Assembly (NCBI GenBank): GCA_050306135.1
Contig: JBNLGQ010000112.1
Location: forward strand, 67,794 to 131,793
Length of the DNA: 64,000 nucleotides
Direction: 5' to 3'
Source: Gammaproteobacteria bacterium
GTDB lineage: Bacteria > Pseudomonadota > Gammaproteobacteria > GCA-001735895
Positions 60,511 to 64,000 of the stretch are shown piece after piece. Position 1 is the stretch's first letter; every line of letters begins with the position of its first letter. A program made the translations under genes and the position numbers. The notes beneath the pieces are model-generated. The model saw nothing but the letters and a program-made list of their open reading frames with translations, did not search any database and was not told where the DNA came from.

Positions 60511-61611
60511 CTACAGGCGCATGGGCATCACTACATATCTAAATTGATTAGAGTCTGGAGTGGTAATTACACAGCTACTGTTGGAATCTTTCAATTTAAT
60601 CAAAACCTGTTCTGAATCCAGTACCGATAATACATCGAGTAAGTAGGTCACATTGAACCCAATTTCCAGGGTCGATTCATCAAAATCTACGGTTATCTCT
60701 TCTTCTGCTTCTTCTCGATCAGGGTTATTAGCCTGAATTGAAAGATTATTTTCTCCAAGCGTTAAACGAATCCCTCTATATTTTTCATTCGATAAAATTG
60801 AGATCCTGTGTAATGACTGCTTTAACAGATCCCTGTTTACACTCAGGGTTTTATTTCCATCTAGCGGTATAACCCTGTTGTAATCAGGAAATTTTCCATC
60901 GATCAATTTTGAAGTAAAAGTAAACTGTTTTGTTTCTACACGGATATGATTATTACTGATTTTAACTTCTGCAATTTCGTCCGTGTTGGACAGTAATCTG
61001 GCTAACTCAAGAATTCCCTTGCGAGGAATAATGATCTGCTCCTCTGTGGTTATATTATTTTCACTTTCATATTCACTTAAAGCAAGCCTGTGCCCATCAG
61101 TGGCAACAAGACGCAAAAAGTCTTTACTGAGTTCCATCAATAAGCCATTCAGATAATACCGAACATCCTGCTGTGCCATTGCAAAAGCTGTTTTATCTAT
61201 TAACAGCTTGAGATTCTTTTGTGGAATCTCAAAGGTGAGTTTAGCTTCGATATCTTCAGTACCCGGAAAATCCTTTCCAGGCAGAGAGGATAGGATAAAA
61301 CGAGATCTCGCCGAAGTAAGCGTGACCTGATTATCTTCTATATTAAACTTGATTTCGCTTTTATCAGGTAGCGCTTTACAGATATCGAGTAGTTTTCTGG
61401 CCGGCAATGTGGTGAGAATATCTTCATTAATCGGAATATCCAGATGAGTTATTAATTCTATCTCAAGATCGGTAGCCGTAAGGGAAAGATTCCCATTGTT
61501 GGATTGAAATAAAACATTCCCCAAAATAGGTAAGGTTTGTTTACGTTCTACCGCTCCTATCACCTGTTGAAGAGGATTGAGCAAGTCTTCTCTATTAATA
61601 ACAATATTCAT
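60511..61611 (-). CDS. dnaN: DNA polymerase III beta sliding clamp
   Basis: 366 aa three-domain clamp. N-terminus and length are typical. Confidence 0.95.
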   Translation of the reverse strand: MNIVINREDLLNPLQQVIGAVERKQTLPILGNVLFQSNNGNLSLTATDLEIELITHLDIPINEDILTTLPARKLLDICKALPDKSEIKFNIEDNQVTLTSARSRFILSSLPGKDFPGTEDIEAKLTFEIPQKNLKLLIDKTAFAMAQQDVRYYLNGLLMELSKDFLRLVATDGHRLALSEYESENNITTEEQIIIPRKGILELARLLSNTDEIAEVKISNNHIRVETKQFTFTSKLIDGKFPDYNRVIPLDGNKTLSVNRDLLKQSLHRISILSNEKYRGIRLTLGENNLSIQANNPDREEAEEEITVDFDESTLEIGFNVTYLLDVLSVLDSEQVLIKLKDSNSSCVITTPDSNQFRYVVMPMRL

Positions 61612-61847
61612 TATATATATTATCTGTTGTTGTTATTAGCATCTGCCAAAAAAATAGTAAGTCAAAATTATCTTTAAAATTCAATGAGTTATTTTAAAAA
61701 TAGGCTTTCGGTTGTTGTGACTATATTATCAGTAAACTGTGGATAACATAGGGATAAACTTACCGCAAATTTTTATTAAATACTTATCCACAAGCTGCAC
61801 ACAGGCTTATGCATTTTATGCTATTTGTCTTCATGTGCAACATCCCA
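61612..61847. promoter_or_regulatory. dnaA-dnaN intergenic region with two perfect inverted DnaA boxes and an AT-rich tract (oriC-like or dnaN control region)
   Basis: TGTGGATAA at 61738-61746 and TTATCCACA at 61784-61792, plus a weaker gggataaac. About 120 bp of 75% AT sequence at 61612-61735. Confidence 0.5.
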
Positions 61848-63188
61848 TTAATTACTCAGGGTTAGATAAAGATTTTCGTAATCTTCGCTAAACCTTTGAT
61901 CCTGTTGTTTTAATTCCTCTACCTTACGGCAGGCATGTAGCACTGTCGTATGATCCCTTCCCCCAAAAGCAGCACCAATCTCAGGCAAGCTGTGTCGAGT
62001 CAGCAATTTTGATAAAGACATGGCTATCTGACGAGGTCGGGTGATAGAACGGGTTCGTCTGTTGGATAACAGATCAGAAACATTGATTTTGAAATAATCA
62101 GCGACTGTTTTCTGAATATTGATCATGGAAACATTTCGTTCCTGTACTGCCAACAGGTCTTTTAGCGCTAACTTGGTGAATTCCTGAGTGATTGCTTCAC
62201 CTGTAAAACGTGCATGAGCAATTACCCTTTTCAAAGAACCTTCCAGTTCACGAATATTCGATTTGAATTTATTAGCGATGAAGAATGCCACTTCTTCTGG
62301 TAATACGACATTCGCGGATTCTGCCTTGGTGTGCAATATGGCAACACGGGTTTCCAGATCCGGTGGTTTAATATCAACGGCAAGTCCCCAGCCAAGTCTT
62401 GAGCGGATGCGATCGTCTAGTCCATCGATCTCTTTTGGAAAACGATCGCAGGTAATAATCATCTGAGATTTAGCTTCGTAGAGAGAATTGAAGGTATGGA
62501 AAAATTCTTCCTGTGAGCGGTTCTTATCCGCCAGGAACTGAATATCATCAATCAGTAAGGCATCCACATTGCGATAAAAGTTCTTGAATTCGTTGATTTT
62601 GCTATGTTGCAGGGCCTTAACCATATCTGAAACAAAGCGTTCACAATTTACATAAACGACATTGCTATCCGGTTTTAGGCGTCGAATCTGGTTTCCAGCA
62701 GCCTGCATTAAATGAGTTTTGCCAAGACCTACTCCGCCATAAATATACAGCGGATTATAATCAGCACCCGGATGATTACTTACCTGGATGGAAGCAGCCC
62801 TGGCCAGCTGATTTGATTTACCCTCAACATAGTTTTCAAACGTTTGAGATACATCCAGACCACTGGGATAGCTATTGGTAAGCGTTTCAGCTGAATTATG
62901 CTTTACCTGGGGTTGAGCAGATGGTGCAGAACTGGCAGATCGGGTTTGACTGCCAATGCCAATGGTCACATCCATGGATTTACTGTCATCCAGTTGCAGT
63001 ACAATATTTCGAATTTGATCCAGAAAATTTTTCTTCACCCAGTCCATCACGAAACGATTGGGAGCCAATAAACATAACTGATTGTCTTTAAGCTCTGTTT
63101 GCAGCGGGAGAATCCAGGTATTGAATTGCTGTTCACTCAGTTCGCCTTCCAGATAGGAAAGGCACTGCTCCCATAACTCGAGTTTCAA
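61848..63188 (-). CDS. dnaA: chromosomal replication initiator DnaA
   Basis: AAA+ Walker A GGVGLGKTHL. C-terminal DNA-binding domain with DnaA signature. Confidence 0.97.
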   Translation of the reverse strand: MKLELWEQCLSYLEGELSEQQFNTWILPLQTELKDNQLCLLAPNRFVMDWVKKNFLDQIRNIVLQLDDSKSMDVTIGIGSQTRSASSAPSAQPQVKHNSAETLTNSYPSGLDVSQTFENYVEGKSNQLARAASIQVSNHPGADYNPLYIYGGVGLGKTHLMQAAGNQIRRLKPDSNVVYVNCERFVSDMVKALQHSKINEFKNFYRNVDALLIDDIQFLADKNRSQEEFFHTFNSLYEAKSQMIITCDRFPKEIDGLDDRIRSRLGWGLAVDIKPPDLETRVAILHTKAESANVVLPEEVAFFIANKFKSNIRELEGSLKRVIAHARFTGEAITQEFTKLALKDLLAVQERNVSMINIQKTVADYFKINVSDLLSNRRTRSITRPRQIAMSLSKLLTRHSLPEIGAAFGGRDHTTVLHACRKVEELKQQDQRFSEDYENLYLTLSN

Positions 63189-63303
63189 GATGTTTTACCT
63201 TAGTGTTTTATATCAAAATCAAACAATTGCCCAATCTTAAAGCATCATGGCCAATTTTATTCTGACATCAGGGTTGTTAAAAAAGAAACGCAGATTATCA
63301 TAC

Positions 63304-63312
63304 TTATCCACA
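63304..63312 (+). promoter_or_regulatory. perfect DnaA box TTATCCACA in the rpmH-dnaA divergent promoter region
   Basis: Exact 9-mer in a 280 bp AT-rich intergenic region. Confidence 0.6.
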
Positions 63313-63470
63313 GCAGGTGCAAAACAAAAAGCGCTATATATCAGAAATAATCGAATATAACTGGGATTTGATATTGACGAACTGGTAACTTATCGGTATC
63401 TTTTCGCGCCTGCTTTTAAACAGGCCCTTTTCGCCAGTAAAAAGCGACTGATCAGTATTGAGGCAATAAC

Positions 63471-63605
63471 ATGAAACGTACATTTCAACCCAGTAACTTA
63501 AAACGCGCCAGAACTCATGGTTTTCGCGCTCGCATGCAAACTCGTGGTGGCCGTTTAGTCATCAAGGCAAGAAGAGCTAAAGGCAGAGCACGTCTTACTC
63601 CTTAG
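63471..63605 (+). CDS. rpmH: 50S ribosomal protein L34
   Basis: Not in the ORF track because it is under 60 aa. Translates to [44 protein letters not shown], a canonical L34. Confidence 0.95.
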   Translation: MKRTFQPSNLKRARTHGFRARMQTRGGRLVIKARRAKGRARLTP

Positions 63606-63608
63606 TCG

Positions 63609-63977
63609 ATGATTCAAAAGACCGGGGAATCGTTTTCCAGGTCATCCAGGTTGACCAGTGCCGCTGATTTTCAACCGGTATTTCAGGATAATTTTCGAAT
63701 TGGCGATGACTGTTTCACTATTCTTGTTTGCAGAAAAAAAGGCAGTTGTGCAAGGCTGGGGTTCGCTATCGCCAAAAAACAGCTTAAACGAGCTGTAGAT
63801 AGAAATCGTATAAAACGGTTAATACGCGAAAGCTTTCGCCACAACCTAAAAGATTTACCGGATCATGATCTAGTAGTTATGGTACGCTTCAAAATTCTGA
63901 GTTTAAGCAATCCTGAAATATTTACTCGATTAAGTAAGCACTGGTCCAGCGTCCAAAGAAAATGCGAAAACTGCTAA
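63609..63977 (+). CDS. rnpA: ribonuclease P protein component
   Basis: 122 aa, basic. RNR-like motif KKQLKRAVDRNRIKRLIRE. Immediately follows rpmH. Confidence 0.9.
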   Translation: MIQKTGESFSRSSRLTSAADFQPVFQDNFRIGDDCFTILVCRKKGSCARLGFAIAKKQLKRAVDRNRIKRLIRESFRHNLKDLPDHDLVVMVRFKILSLSNPEIFTRLSKHWSSVQRKCENC

Positions 63978-64000
63978 TTCTGCCTATTCGATTTTATCAA

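Overview
This 64 kb window is a gammaproteobacterial-type chromosomal segment of roughly 43-46% GC that ends at the replication-origin gene block. That block is rpmH-rnpA on the plus strand, divergent from dnaA-dnaN-recF-gyrB on the minus strand. Gene density is high, with about 60 CDS. The main modules are listed below.

(1) A partial methylcitrate module (GntR regulator, acnD, prpF, with no prpB or prpC) plus acnB.
(2) A PHA regulon split over two loci (phaB2, phasin, phaR, phaA, a Q/M-rich helix-hairpin-helix (HhH) protein and glcB in one; phaC-phaB in the other). Candidate PhaR operators are present.
(3) A complete AmmeMemoRadiSam three-gene system, next to a second radical-SAM gene with an unusual CX4CX2C motif.
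(4) PadR followed by an RND efflux pump.
(5) A tight minus-strand string: gyrB, lemA, an EF-hand membrane protein, prlC, an SH3 protein, ubiD and parA.
(6) A REC-DUF3369 and HDOD signalling pair, and a GGDEF protein.

The most unusual, non-genic content is a family of composite repeat elements with near-perfect terminal inverted repeats of about 60 bp. Two copies were found; one carries a GNAT gene as cargo. The arms co-vary in a compensatory way between the two copies. A low-GC islet of two lipoprotein genes (one with an HExxH motif) sits inside an ancient 230-bp duplication of the 5' end of the CX4CX2C radical-SAM gene. A second family of palindromic CACRGAG nonamer-array repeats has three copies. 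No transposase, integrase, CRISPR array or tRNA was recognised.

All calls come from reading the translations and the DNA by eye. No database searches were run.
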